A stretch of 60,337 bases of DNA from Acidimicrobiia bacterium (GCA_041576165.1 JBFGLM010000030.1:1-60337), one strand, 5' to 3'; shown: positions 38,239 through 48,294, counted from the stretch's first letter. A program made the numbers and translations. Notes: generated from the letters alone by a model not told the origin.

Positions 38239-39735
38239 ATGGCGCAACTCCGCTGGACCACCGTCGATGCCCCCTCCACACAGCGCAAGCTCTTCGGAAA
38301 CGCAATCGAACACCATGTCGGCAAGGGCGAGTACCGCGGGCTCGAGTTCTTTCACGTCGAAGCTCGCCGCCTCATCAATCAAGTACCCAGCTTTTTGCCC
38401 TTCGAATACACGGTCAACGTATACCGGGGGTGCAGTCACGCCTGCGCGTATTGCCTCGACGGCGACACGCAGATCCTGATGGCCGACGGCGCCCAGCGAC
38501 CGTTGCGGTCGCTGGAAGTTGGCGACGCCGTCATCGGCACCAGCGCGCTGGGCCGCTACCGGAGGTATCGCCCAACCACCGTCGTAGACATTTGGAGTGC
38601 GCGCAAACCGGCCTACCGGCTTCGACTGCGGAACGGCCGGCAGATCATCGGCAGCGGAGAGCACCGGTTCTTGACCGACTACGGCTGGATGCACATAGCG
38701 GCTTGTCCGGGCGGCAATGGCCCTGCGCTGGCATTCGGAAGTCGACTTCTCGGATTGGAGGAGATCCCGCCGGTCGCTGCGGAGGATGAGCTCTCTCGCC
38801 TGATCGACGCAGCCGTGGTCGGACCGCGCGAACTGATCGTCGAGAGCGTCGAGGATCTCCATGAGGAACGGGAGATGTTCGACATCGCGACCGGTAGCGG
38901 CGATTTCGTCGCCAACGGACTCGTGTCGCACAATTGCTTCGCCCGTCCCACCCACGACTACCTCGGTCTGGGCATTGGAGCCGACTTTGATTCGAAGATC
39001 GTGGTCAAGGTCAATGCGGTTCACCTGGCGCGGGCAGAGACCGAGCCCGGGCGGTGGGCCGGCCACCGCATCGCGATGGGAACCAATACGGATCCATATC
39101 AGCGGGCCGAAGGCAAATACCGGCTCACCCGGGGCGTGGTCGAAGTGTTGACTGAGCGCCGCAACCCGTTTTCGATTCTGACCAAATCGCCGCTCGTGCT
39201 GCGAGACCTCGACGTCCTCTCCGACGCGGCCGCAACGATGGACGTCGTTGTGGACTTCTCCATCGCCACCCTGGACGAGGCCGTGTGGAAGAAGACCGAG
39301 CCGGGCACGCCACATCCTCGACAGCGGGTCGAGGCGCTCCGCAAACTGAACGAGGCCGGCGTCCCGTCCGGCGCGCTCATGGCCCCCATCATCCCCGGAC
39401 TTTCCGACGATCCCGCCCAGCTGGCCGAGACTGCTCGGGCCCTCGTCGACGCCGGCGCCCGGTTGGTGAGCCCCATGTACCTCCACCTCCGCACCGATCC
39501 ACTCAAGCGGCACTGGTTTGACTGGCTGGACCAAAACCACCCGGAACTGGCCGCCCAGTTTCGCCGTGACTACGGCACCCGCGGCAACGCCCCCTCCGCC
39601 GCGGAACAACACTTGACCGAGACCGTCCAACAAGCCATAACCGCGGCCGGCGGCCTGACCAACCCCTGGCGCATGCCCCGCGCGGACCCGACCACCGAGC
39701 CAGCCCCGGCGGACCAGCTCAGCCTGGACCTCTAG
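38239..39735 (+). CDS. Intein-containing Rv2578c-family (SplB-like) radical SAM protein
   Basis: NVYRGCSHACAY-[intein]-CFARPTH, MGTNTDPYQRAE, SILTKS, EPGTP; leaderless ATG 6 nt after TATAAT. Confidence 0.92.
   Translation: MAQLRWTTVDAPSTQRKLFGNAIEHHVGKGEYRGLEFFHVEARRLINQVPSFLPFEYTVNVYRGCSHACAYCLDGDTQILMADGAQRPLRSLEVGDAVIGTSALGRYRRYRPTTVVDIWSARKPAYRLRLRNGRQIIGSGEHRFLTDYGWMHIAACPGGNGPALAFGSRLLGLEEIPPVAAEDELSRLIDAAVVGPRELIVESVEDLHEEREMFDIATGSGDFVANGLVSHNCFARPTHDYLGLGIGADFDSKIVVKVNAVHLARAETEPGRWAGHRIAMGTNTDPYQRAEGKYRLTRGVVEVLTERRNPFSILTKSPLVLRDLDVLSDAAATMDVVVDFSIATLDEAVWKKTEPGTPHPRQRVEALRKLNEAGVPSGALMAPIIPGLSDDPAQLAETARALVDAGARLVSPMYLHLRTDPLKRHWFDWLDQNHPELAAQFRRDYGTRGNAPSAAEQHLTETVQQAITAAGGLTNPWRMPRADPTTEPAPADQLSLDL
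38452..38934 (+). mobile_element. Mini-intein (161 aa, no homing endonuclease)
   Basis: CLDGDTQILMADG (block A), SGEHRFLT (block B), MFDIATGSGDFVANGLVSHN/C (blocks F/G). Confidence 0.95.
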
Positions 39736-39822
39736 CCACAGCCGGACTGAGCGGAGCCACAGGCGAGCGGCCGGCACGCCCGAACAGGGGGCGCGCGAGG
39801 GGGAAAGGCTCCACCGTCCCCA

Positions 39823-39865
39823 TCGTGCAGATTTCCAGCGACCTATGCGGTGCAAATCTGCACGA
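39823..39865. repeat. Inverted repeat (REP-like/terminator) between convergent genes
   Basis: tcgtgcagattt-N19-aaatctgcacga 12-bp arms. Confidence 0.7.
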
Positions 39866-39949
39866 AACAGTGCGGCCGTAAGGCCGCTCCCTCAACGAAG
39901 GCCACTGAAGGTGGCCCGAGCGGCCCGATCTTGATCGGGCAGCAAACCA

Positions 39950-41146
39950 TCACCCGTACTCGAAATGCATCGGGTCGGGGACAAGCCAGTCGCCGCCCCA
40001 GGTGAAGCCGGCGTCCAGCATGATTTCGACCAGGCGGGGGTCCTGAGTGCCGGTGGAACCCATGGGGTTGGCGGGGGCATTGAGGTCGACCGCCGCGCCC
40101 CACGCGTGGCGTGAAACTCCGGAGGGCAGGCCCGTTGCCGAACGGATGAAACGCGGGTACCAGCAGCCCGCAAAACCTGCCGGATCGACGAGGTGAGCTA
40201 GACCCTCTTCCACCAGACGGGTCATGGCCGTGGTGAGCATCTCCACGACGATCCGATGGCAGACCACTTCCCCCAGGATCGGCACGTTGGCGGTGACGAT
40301 GTTCTGATCCCGGAATGACTGGTCCTGCCGGAATTCGGCGCCGGCCAGGCCGGTGTACGAGAACTCTCCCAGCGCTTCCTTGATGTAGACCTGCGGCAGG
40401 ACCGCATCGCCGTGCCGGAGCCACGGTGTCTCGCCTGCCGCCCGGATCCGGAGTGAGGCGGGGCCGTCGTAGAGGGATCGGGCCATCTCCTCGATCTGCT
40501 CCCGGGGCATCACGGTGGCCACAAGGGCGAAGCGTGGTGTGACGACCAGCGGGTCAGGATCGGCGCGGTGAAACACCACCTCGGCCGCACTGACGACCTC
40601 GTCAGGGACGATCGCCGTCACGCGATACGGTCGGTCCTCCAGCATCAGCGTTGCGCCAATCTCGGCATCCCGGAGGCGGGCCGAGGTCGTACTGAGGGCC
40701 ACCGTGCCCGGCTCCAGCGCGGATAAGGTGTCGGCCGGATCGAACGGACGATGCTCGACCGGGTCGATCGCCAGGGCGTCCAGGGGCACGACTCCGCCGG
40801 CCACATCCAGTTCGACGACATCGCCGTACACGATCGATGTATTGGGGAATAGGCCGGGTAGGCCCTCGACCAGCGGCGGTGTGAGACCCCCGGTCGACCA
40901 GATGAGATAGGTGGTCGCACCGCTCCCGGTGTCGTTTGGGGCCGCAGCCGACGTGGGGGGAGACGTCGTTGTCGTGGAGGTGCGAGAGGCAGCCGCTTCG
41001 GTCGGCGAGGTGATGGTGCTGACCTGCAGCTGTAGCGTGGGCGTGGACGCAGGTTCGACCGGCTGCGGTGAGCTCAACACGATCGCAGCCGCGTAGCCGA
41101 CGGCCACACCCATCAGCAACACCGCCACGACCAGGCCACGCCTCAT
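39950..41146 (-). CDS. Exported M15 family metallopeptidase (D,D-carboxypeptidase-like)
   Basis: N-terminal TM/signal, Thr-rich linker, SRHAWGAAVD (SxHxxGxAxD), FTWGG.W, DPMHFE; ATGA overlap with upstream gene. Confidence 0.88.
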   Translation of the reverse strand: MRRGLVVAVLLMGVAVGYAAAIVLSSPQPVEPASTPTLQLQVSTITSPTEAAASRTSTTTTSPPTSAAAPNDTGSGATTYLIWSTGGLTPPLVEGLPGLFPNTSIVYGDVVELDVAGGVVPLDALAIDPVEHRPFDPADTLSALEPGTVALSTTSARLRDAEIGATLMLEDRPYRVTAIVPDEVVSAAEVVFHRADPDPLVVTPRFALVATVMPREQIEEMARSLYDGPASLRIRAAGETPWLRHGDAVLPQVYIKEALGEFSYTGLAGAEFRQDQSFRDQNIVTANVPILGEVVCHRIVVEMLTTAMTRLVEEGLAHLVDPAGFAGCWYPRFIRSATGLPSGVSRHAWGAAVDLNAPANPMGSTGTQDPRLVEIMLDAGFTWGGDWLVPDPMHFEYG

Positions 41147-42912
41147 CGGGGCGACATGGTGTCGGCCAGCGCCACCAGCTCGTCCATCCCCACAGTCTCG
41201 CTTTGCATTCTGACTATGCGACCACCCTCGACCCACTCGAGCGCGGCCGCAGCATCGTCGAAGCGGCCGGTGACATCGCGCACCTCGACCGCCAGGAAAT
41301 CTGCCCCGATGGGAGGGTCGAGCCGGTCACCCGCTTCTTGGGTGATCAAAACGGTGCGGCTCCCACTCCCCGTCAACAGCACAGAGACGCGTTCGTCACC
41401 GGCGATGCCCAATTTGGACCAGCCGTCCGCGTCGGGGATGAGGGTGCCGGGCGGCAGATCGCCGGCGTCCAAAACAGCCGCTTCTACCCAATCGTCCGGC
41501 ACTGCGAGTCCGTCGAGTCCCAGCGAAGCTGCGGTCGCAATCAGCACTTCACGAGTCACAGAACCCGACACCACAACATCGAGGTCTCCGGTATGTATCG
41601 CAAGTGCATCGCCGCCGGGATCGAGATAACCGACCGAGCCGTCTCCGAGCTCGACTCGGCGAACAAAAGGCATGGACAGGCCGAACAGTTCGGATTCGGT
41701 CCATGACTCGGTCGCCTGCACCATCAACCACGATCGTCCATCACTCCACGTCGCAACATCGACGGCGCCACCGTTGGGAAGTGACCAGTGTCCGGTCCGG
41801 TGCGGGACGAAGCCGGGCCCCAGGATGGGTTCCGGTGTCGTGGCCGGACCGTCGATGAATCCCCCGACGGGCGATCCCTGTGGGATCTCCAGGTCGACCG
41901 ATACGGGGCCGGGGTTCAATCCATCGAGCTGAATGATGAAGATGGGAACGGAAGGACCGTCGTCGTAACCGCGACGAAGCTGCCACAGCTCGCGAGTCGG
42001 TGAATCGCCCGCGAAGACCTCGATTCTCACCGGCACCAACGTCTGGGCGTCGAGCCACATCAGCACCCGGTCGGTCGGGTGAAGTTCGCGCCAAGCGCCG
42101 GCGTCGGTGATCGCTCGGATGAGGTCGGCCGCCGCCACAGTGGTCTCCAGCTGAATCGTGGACCGGCCATCGAGCGTCGGCTCACCCACTACTTCTATTC
42201 CGCTCCACCAGGCCAGGCTCCGGGCAGGACCGATGATCTCGAGCGGGACCAGCACCCCCTCGTCGAAGGGGCGCAGTCCTTCCAAGGCCCGTGCCGACGC
42301 CGGCTGCAGGCAGCCCGGCATCGCACCAACCGGGCAGCGGGAGGACGCCTCCCCCAGCCACGATCCGTCTGCGATCGCCAGCCGCACGTTGTTGGGGCGC
42401 CACTCGCTGCTGGGATATGTCGTCGCGTCGACAAGCTCGATCGCCAGCTGCTCCGGAGCGCCGAATTCGAGCGAACCCACATACACCCGCTCGTCCACAT
42501 CCGGATGGATGCCCCGTTCGACCACCAGCAACTGCGCGGTGAGACCTTCGACCGACGGGCTGGCGGTGTGCAGGCGATCGTTGAGGTCCTGGGCTTCCAC
42601 GACACCGAGCCGGCTGCCGATGCCACCCACAACGGAGCCGATCAGCACGCCCACGACGGCCGCGGCGGCTACCGACCACCAGCCTCGCCGGGACCGCTGA
42701 AGCCGCCTCATGACGCCTTGAATGAGGTCCGGGGCGAGATCGGTCGCACCTGGATTGAGCCGGCGGTCGAGATCAGCTAGCCATTCGGAGAATTGCGAGC
42801 ACTCGGCGCACGATGCTGCGTGGTCGACGGTCGGGCGACCGACCTTGCGCCCCTCATCATGAGCCCCCGAGAGCTCGAGTTGCGCGGCGTCGCAGGTGCG
42901 GTCAGGAGACAT
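41143..42912 (-). CDS. ZAS-type anti-sigma factor with large extracytoplasmic domain
   Basis: C...LS..HD, HAASCAEC (HxxxCxxC), single TM, about 480-aa external region; overlaps ECF stop. Confidence 0.8.
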   Translation of the reverse strand: MSPDRTCDAAQLELSGAHDEGRKVGRPTVDHAASCAECSQFSEWLADLDRRLNPGATDLAPDLIQGVMRRLQRSRRGWWSVAAAAVVGVLIGSVVGGIGSRLGVVEAQDLNDRLHTASPSVEGLTAQLLVVERGIHPDVDERVYVGSLEFGAPEQLAIELVDATTYPSSEWRPNNVRLAIADGSWLGEASSRCPVGAMPGCLQPASARALEGLRPFDEGVLVPLEIIGPARSLAWWSGIEVVGEPTLDGRSTIQLETTVAAADLIRAITDAGAWRELHPTDRVLMWLDAQTLVPVRIEVFAGDSPTRELWQLRRGYDDGPSVPIFIIQLDGLNPGPVSVDLEIPQGSPVGGFIDGPATTPEPILGPGFVPHRTGHWSLPNGGAVDVATWSDGRSWLMVQATESWTESELFGLSMPFVRRVELGDGSVGYLDPGGDALAIHTGDLDVVVSGSVTREVLIATAASLGLDGLAVPDDWVEAAVLDAGDLPPGTLIPDADGWSKLGIAGDERVSVLLTGSGSRTVLITQEAGDRLDPPIGADFLAVEVRDVTGRFDDAAAALEWVEGGRIVRMQSETVGMDELVALADTMSPR

Positions 42913-43438
42913 CACGTTCTCCGCGTCGAAGCGTCTGCGAGAGCTGAACACGCGCCCGGAATACCCGGCTCTTGACGGTTCCCTCGGGAACACCGATCGA
43001 CACGGCCACCTCGTCGTACTTGAGGCCGATCACTCCTACCAGCACAACCGCCTCCCGCAGCTCCGGATCGAGCCGGGCCAGAGCGTCGTACACCTCAATA
43101 TCCAGGTGCGGGTCCGGACTGGTGCGCTCGACCAGGAATTCCTGATCCCCGACCAGCTGAAGCGGCCGCCGCTGCTGCGACCGCCCGGCGTCGTAGGCGG
43201 CGTTCCGGGCCATGGTGAGCAGCCACGGAACGAACCGGTCGGGGTCGCGCAGAGTGCGGAGTTTGCGATGGACCCGAAAGAACACTTCCTGCGCCACATC
43301 CTCGGCCAACGCGTGATCTCCCAACAGGTGCACGATGTATCGCCACACACTGCCCTGCATCGTCCGGACCAACCGCTCGAACGCGGCATCATCTCCGGCC
43401 GCAGCCGCCGCGACATCGGCGACGTCAGGTCGATCCAC
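42902..43438 (-). CDS. ECF sigma-70 factor
   Basis: AFERLV, LAEDVAQEVF, WLLTMARN, YDEVA..IGVPEGTVKSRVFRAR; GAGGAG RBS + GTG. Confidence 0.93.
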   Translation of the reverse strand: MDRPDVADVAAAAAGDDAAFERLVRTMQGSVWRYIVHLLGDHALAEDVAQEVFFRVHRKLRTLRDPDRFVPWLLTMARNAAYDAGRSQQRRPLQLVGDQEFLVERTSPDPHLDIEVYDALARLDPELREAVVLVGVIGLKYDEVAVSIGVPEGTVKSRVFRARVQLSQTLRRGERDVS

Positions 43439-43531
43439 CTGCCTGCTCCTCGCACCGTCACCTACATCTTCGCTTACACGCGCGCGCCCAACGCATGGCC
43501 GCGCTCGCCCATCGTCTTCTTCGTAGACAGA

Positions 43532-43557
43532 GACGTCGCACGAGCCACCCTGGTTCA
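43532..43557 (-). promoter_or_regulatory. Putative autoregulated ECF promoter
   Basis: TGAACC-N16-CGTC upstream of the ECF gene, fitting the general AAC/CGT ECF pattern. Confidence 0.6.
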
Positions 43558-43622
43558 TCCGAATACGGGTGAACGTTCCGATAGCTAAGAGCGTCTTCTG
43601 AAATACAGAAGGAGGTCGCAGG

Positions 43623-44987
43623 ATGCTGAATCGGGGCCGCCGATATTCCGAAGCCGAATCTGCCGGCCCGATCGGTGCCCGGGCGGAGGACGAAACGGGC
43701 CGGCGGCCGGGCGGGCGGACGAGCGTGACCAAAGCGGGCACAGTGGGCGGCCGATCGCCGGCCACTGTCCGTCCACCTGACGGCACCCGGAACGGACGGA
43801 TGGTGCAGGTCTTTGGCCTCGCCGTGCTGGCGTTGGCGGCAGGGCTCGTGATCTTTGCTGCCGGCCCATTCAACCCGAGCAGCGATCAGAACGACGCGAG
43901 CACCGGTCAGGAGCAGGCTGCAGGAATCGCCTCCAGTCCGCCCAGGCGGCCGGCGGCCGGCGCGGTGTCCACGCCCGGGACGCAACCTCGAACCACCGCA
44001 GCCACCGCGGCCTCCGAACGGATCTTCAGCGAGACGACGGGGGACGTATTGGTCTTCGACAACGGCTTCGACGGCGTCACGGTCATAGACCTCGATCGGG
44101 GTACGACGACGCATGCGGGCGTCGATGGTCAGCTGGGTGGTGACCAACCGTACCGGATCCACCGCGTAGCGTCGTCGCTGCTGTTCGGCTGGGGTGAGAT
44201 CACCACCTTCGACCTCGAGACGCTCGATTCACAGCTCCTCGGTGCCGCCACAATCTTTGTACCGGCCACCGAGCCCGACCGGGTGTGGATGATCGAATTT
44301 CCGGGCGGATACCTCAGCAATGAGGAGCCGGTCGTCTGGCAGGTCAACATGACTGGAGATGCCGTGACCGAGACCGTGCCGCTCGGCTTTAGCGGATTCC
44401 CGGTTCACGGCTTGCCGGATGGGTTGGCCGTGGAGACCCGAGACGGGGTCATGCTATGGGACGCCGACTCGAGGTCAGTCGTCCGCCAGCTTGGTCGGGG
44501 CCAAGGCATTGTCGCCGACGTTTCGTCACATTCGATAGCCTGGTGCGCCGAGCCGTGCACCCAGCTCCGCATCTCTGATCTCGCCGGAACGTTCCACGTA
44601 CAGGTGCCGGCAGCGCCGACGGATGTGCCAAACGCCAGGTTCTCGCCCGACGGCGCGTACCTGGCGGTGCCGACCCCATCTGGCGCCGACATCTTCGAGG
44701 CCACGAGCGGCAATCTGGTGCTGAGCAGCACCGACGGGGCGAGTCACCAATCTCCACGGCTCGCCGGCTGGGACGATGGATCCGAGATCGTGTATACGAG
44801 CACGTATTCATACCCACTCTCCGAGATGACGCTGAGCCGAATCGACTTGTCGGAGGCCACGTCTGAGGCCGTGACCCTGCCGGTCGGGGGCGGTCTGGCC
44901 TTCGTGGTTGTGCCACGGGATGAGGCGGGAGTGCTGTTGGCAGCTCACCGAGCTATTCCCATCGGCGACATCGGCGCAGGTGATTGA
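43623..44987 (+). CDS. Membrane-anchored hypothetical protein, probable beta-propeller
   Basis: One TM, linker, beta-rich region with LWD and FSPDG.YLA; start uncertain (43623 or 43800). Confidence 0.65.
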   Translation: MLNRGRRYSEAESAGPIGARAEDETGRRPGGRTSVTKAGTVGGRSPATVRPPDGTRNGRMVQVFGLAVLALAAGLVIFAAGPFNPSSDQNDASTGQEQAAGIASSPPRRPAAGAVSTPGTQPRTTAATAASERIFSETTGDVLVFDNGFDGVTVIDLDRGTTTHAGVDGQLGGDQPYRIHRVASSLLFGWGEITTFDLETLDSQLLGAATIFVPATEPDRVWMIEFPGGYLSNEEPVVWQVNMTGDAVTETVPLGFSGFPVHGLPDGLAVETRDGVMLWDADSRSVVRQLGRGQGIVADVSSHSIAWCAEPCTQLRISDLAGTFHVQVPAAPTDVPNARFSPDGAYLAVPTPSGADIFEATSGNLVLSSTDGASHQSPRLAGWDDGSEIVYTSTYSYPLSEMTLSRIDLSEATSEAVTLPVGGGLAFVVVPRDEAGVLLAAHRAIPIGDIGAGD

Positions 44988-45024
44988 GGGTGGCCACCGC
45001 GCCGGAAAAAACATCGCCTCTCAT

Positions 45025-45050
45025 GTTTGGCTCGGCATGGAACTGGATAT
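45025..45050 (+). promoter_or_regulatory. Possible SigB/SigF-type stress promoter
   Basis: GTTT-N16-GGATAT upstream of a csbD-family gene. Confidence 0.4.
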
Positions 45051-45084
45051 CCAGTCCGGGTCCGCTACCAGAGAGGAGGCCGTA

Positions 45085-45321
45085 ATGGCCACTGAGCATT
45101 ACAGCGCTCATGACACGGACTACGACTGGAACGACCGTCTCCAGGACGAGGGTTCCTGGAACCGGATGAAGGGCAAGGCCCGCGAGCGGTGGGCCGAGGT
45201 TACCGACCAGGAGCTGGAAGAAGCCCGGGGTAACTGGGAACAGTTCAAGGGCTACGTCCAGCAGAAGACCGGCGAAACGGCCGACGCGATCGAGCGTACC
45301 TTCCGCGACCTCTTCAACTAA
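45085..45321 (+). CDS. CsbD/YjbJ family stress protein
   Basis: EGSWNRMKGKARERWAEVTD.EL....G..EQFKGYVQQKTG; GAGGAGG RBS. Confidence 0.9.
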   Translation: MATEHYSAHDTDYDWNDRLQDEGSWNRMKGKARERWAEVTDQELEEARGNWEQFKGYVQQKTGETADAIERTFRDLFN

Positions 45322-45340
45322 CGACAGCCGATATTCGCCA

Positions 45341-45370
45341 TTGGGGGAGACCCGCATGGGTCTCCCCCAA
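45341..45370 (+). terminator. Hairpin terminator
   Basis: ttgggggagaccc-gcat-gggtctcccccaa perfect 13-bp stem. Confidence 0.75.
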
Positions 45371-45421
45371 CGCGTGTGCACCTTTGGGCGCAGCAGCTGC
45401 AACAGCCGGTAATGTCCCCGA

Positions 45422-46909
45422 ATGCATCTGCGTTTCCCCGTGCCGAGTCTGATCTTGCTCGTGGGTCCGTCGGCCAGTGGCAAGTCACATTGGGGCGAAG
45501 CCAACTTCCGGGAGGGGCAGGTCCTGTCGTCCGATCACTTCCGGGCGCTGGTCGGGAGTGGCCCGCACGATCAGGAGGCCAGCGGACGGGCATTCCAGCT
45601 GCTGGACCAGCTGATCGAGGAGCGACTGGACGCCGGTCTTCTCACAGTCGTGGATTCGCTCGGACTGAACCAGGCTCAACGGGAACGCCACCTGCGGATG
45701 GCACTTGCCCGGGACATCCCGGTGTTCGCGGTCGGGTTCGACGCCGACCCGAAGCTCTGCAGGCAACGCAACGATGCTCGCGGTCGGCCGGTCCCGGTCG
45801 GGGTTCTCAATCAGCAGCTGAAACGCTGGTCCGTGGTGCGCGACCTTGAGCTACAAGCCGAACCATTCGAGGCGGTACATGTTTCTCCATCGCCGCCGAA
45901 AGTTGGACTCGTGCCAGCTTCGATGTGGAAGACGCTGCCGATGGCCGAGCGCCAATCGGACGACCCGCTGACCCTGTCATTCGGTCTCCAGCTGGCCAAG
46001 TTCCCATGGGAGGACTCGGAGATCGGTCCCGCAGTCAGCGCCATCGCCCAGCGGGCGGAAGAGGTCGGATTCCATTCCTTCTGGGTGATGGATCACCTAC
46101 GCCAGATCCCGCAGGTCGGCCAGGCATGGGAGCCCTTGCCAGAGGCCTACACGACCCTTGCCTATGCGGCGGGCGTCACGGAACATATCCGCCTCGGGAC
46201 CATGGTCACTGCCATCACGTATCGAAATGTCGGGCTGCTGGGCAAGATGCTTGCCACCCTGGACGTCATGTCGGGTGGACGGGCCCTTTGCGGAATCGGC
46301 GCCGGGTGGTTCGAGGCCGAGGCGGTCGGATACGGCTACGAGTGGAAAAGGCCGGGCCGGCGGCTCGATGTCCTCGAAGACGCATTACAGGCGCTGCCGC
46401 TGATCTGGGGACCCGGGTCGAAGCCGTTCCACGGGAAGATGATCGAAATCCCAGAGACCCTCTGTTACCCCCGCCCGCTCCAAGACCCGATCCCCATCCT
46501 GGTGGGAGGCGGAGGTGAAAAGCGTACCCTGCGGCTGGTCGCCCAGTACGCAGACGCGTGCAATCTGTTCGGCAGCCCCGATCAGATTCGACACAAGCTC
46601 GATGTCCTGCACGCTCACTGCGTTGACGTGGGACGGGACCCGGCCGAGATTCAAGTCACGGTGTTGGCGACGGCGTTGACCCGCGCCGATCCGGATTCGC
46701 TCCGTCGGGCGATACAGGCCCTCGCCGGCGAGCGAGGCGATCCCGAGTCCTTCGCCCGTGAGATCGGCGCTGGAACCCCCGAGGACCAGGTCGGCCGTTT
46801 TCGAGCCTTCGCGGACGTCGGAGCCGACACAATGATTCTCGGCGTGGCCGGTCTGACTACGCCTGACGATCTCGAGCCCTATCGCGACGTCATCGCCGCG
46901 TTTCGTTAG
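45422..46909 (+). CDS. Fusion: polynucleotide-kinase-like P-loop domain + LLM class F420-dependent oxidoreductase
   Basis: LVGPSASGKS, LSSDHFR, TVVD, CRQRN; then WVMDHL.Q, RLGTMVT, LDVMSGGR, GIGAGW, ILVGGGGEKRTL. Confidence 0.9.
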   Translation: MHLRFPVPSLILLVGPSASGKSHWGEANFREGQVLSSDHFRALVGSGPHDQEASGRAFQLLDQLIEERLDAGLLTVVDSLGLNQAQRERHLRMALARDIPVFAVGFDADPKLCRQRNDARGRPVPVGVLNQQLKRWSVVRDLELQAEPFEAVHVSPSPPKVGLVPASMWKTLPMAERQSDDPLTLSFGLQLAKFPWEDSEIGPAVSAIAQRAEEVGFHSFWVMDHLRQIPQVGQAWEPLPEAYTTLAYAAGVTEHIRLGTMVTAITYRNVGLLGKMLATLDVMSGGRALCGIGAGWFEAEAVGYGYEWKRPGRRLDVLEDALQALPLIWGPGSKPFHGKMIEIPETLCYPRPLQDPIPILVGGGGEKRTLRLVAQYADACNLFGSPDQIRHKLDVLHAHCVDVGRDPAEIQVTVLATALTRADPDSLRRAIQALAGERGDPESFAREIGAGTPEDQVGRFRAFADVGADTMILGVAGLTTPDDLEPYRDVIAAFR

Positions 46910-46932
46910 CAGCCGCTTGTTCGCAGCCGCAA

Positions 46933-48294
46933 TCAGGTCACGACCGGGACTCGCTCCATTGCCGCCGCCACTTTCTCCTCCGGGTAGTCGTGGTCGACCA
47001 GTTCGTTGGCCAGGTAGGCGTCGTAGGCGCCGAGGTCGAAATGGCCATGTCCGCACAGAGCGGCGAGGATCACCTTCTCCTCACCCGATTCTCTGCATGC
47101 GTTGGCTTCCCGCACTGCGGCCGCAATCGCATGGGTGGGCTCGGGAGCAGGGATGATCCCCTCGGTGCGGGCGAACTGAAGGGCCGCATCGAAACATTCG
47201 TTCTGCCCGATTGCCAGCGCCTCCATCAATCCCAGCTCGTACAAATGGGAGATCAGCGGGGCCATGCCGTGGTAGCGCAGCCCACCGGCGTGGATGGGGT
47301 CCGGGATGAAGCCATGCCCCAAGGTGTGCATCTTGACCAGCGGAGTCATTCCGATCGTGTCACCGAAGTCGTACCGGTACTCGCCTTTGGTGAGCGACGG
47401 ACAGGCGGCAGGCTCGACCGCCCGAATGACCGGGTCGATGTTCCCGGCCAACTTCTCCCGGATGAACGGGAACGACAGCCCGGCGAAGTTGGAGCCCCCA
47501 CCGGTGCAGCCAACCAGCACATCGGGCGTTTCTCCCACCTTCTCCAGTTGCTTCAGGGCCTCTTCTCCAATCACGGTTTGATGCATCAGCACGTGATTCA
47601 GCACGCTCCCCAGCGAGTACTTGACGTCATCGTTGTGGACGGCGGCCTCGACGGCTTCCGAGATGGCGATCCCGAGCGAGCCCGGGCTGTCGGGGTCATC
47701 CGCCAAGATCATTCGTCCGGCCTCGGTCTTGTCAGACGGCGATGGGTGGATGGTCGCGCCCCACGTCCTCATCATGAGTCCGCGATACGGCTTTTGGTCG
47801 TATGAAGCGCGGACCTGCCACACCTCACATTCCAGTCCGAACATGGAACATGCCAGAGCCAGTGCACTCCCCCACTGGCCGGCGCCGGTCTCGGTGGTGA
47901 GTTTTCGAACCCCGGCCTGTGCGTTGTAGTAGGCCTGAGGCACAGCCGTGTTGGGCTTGTGGGACCCGGCCGGACTCACTCCCTCGTATTTGTAGTAGAT
48001 CCGGGCCGGGGTATCGAGCGCCTTCTCCAGTCGATGGGCCCGAAAGAGCGGCGAGGGCCTCCACAAGCGATAGATGTCGCGCACCGCTTCGGGTATCTCG
48101 ACGAAGCGGTCCTGGGAGACCTCCTGCAGGATGAGGTCCATCGGAAACAGCGGGGCGAGGTCGTCTGGACCAATCGGCTCGTGGGTGCCGGGGTGCAGCA
48201 CGGGCGGTGGCGGAGCCGGCAGATCTGGCGTGATGTTGTACCAGTGGGTGGGTATCTCGGATTCGTCCAGCAGGATCTTGGTTTGTTCGGTCAT
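46933..48294 (-). CDS. trpB2: TrpB2 (stand-alone tryptophan synthase beta-like PLP enzyme)
   Basis: [54 protein letters not shown]. Confidence 0.93.
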   Translation of the reverse strand: MTEQTKILLDESEIPTHWYNITPDLPAPPPPVLHPGTHEPIGPDDLAPLFPMDLILQEVSQDRFVEIPEAVRDIYRLWRPSPLFRAHRLEKALDTPARIYYKYEGVSPAGSHKPNTAVPQAYYNAQAGVRKLTTETGAGQWGSALALACSMFGLECEVWQVRASYDQKPYRGLMMRTWGATIHPSPSDKTEAGRMILADDPDSPGSLGIAISEAVEAAVHNDDVKYSLGSVLNHVLMHQTVIGEEALKQLEKVGETPDVLVGCTGGGSNFAGLSFPFIREKLAGNIDPVIRAVEPAACPSLTKGEYRYDFGDTIGMTPLVKMHTLGHGFIPDPIHAGGLRYHGMAPLISHLYELGLMEALAIGQNECFDAALQFARTEGIIPAPEPTHAIAAAVREANACRESGEEKVILAALCGHGHFDLGAYDAYLANELVDHDYPEEKVAAAMERVPVVT

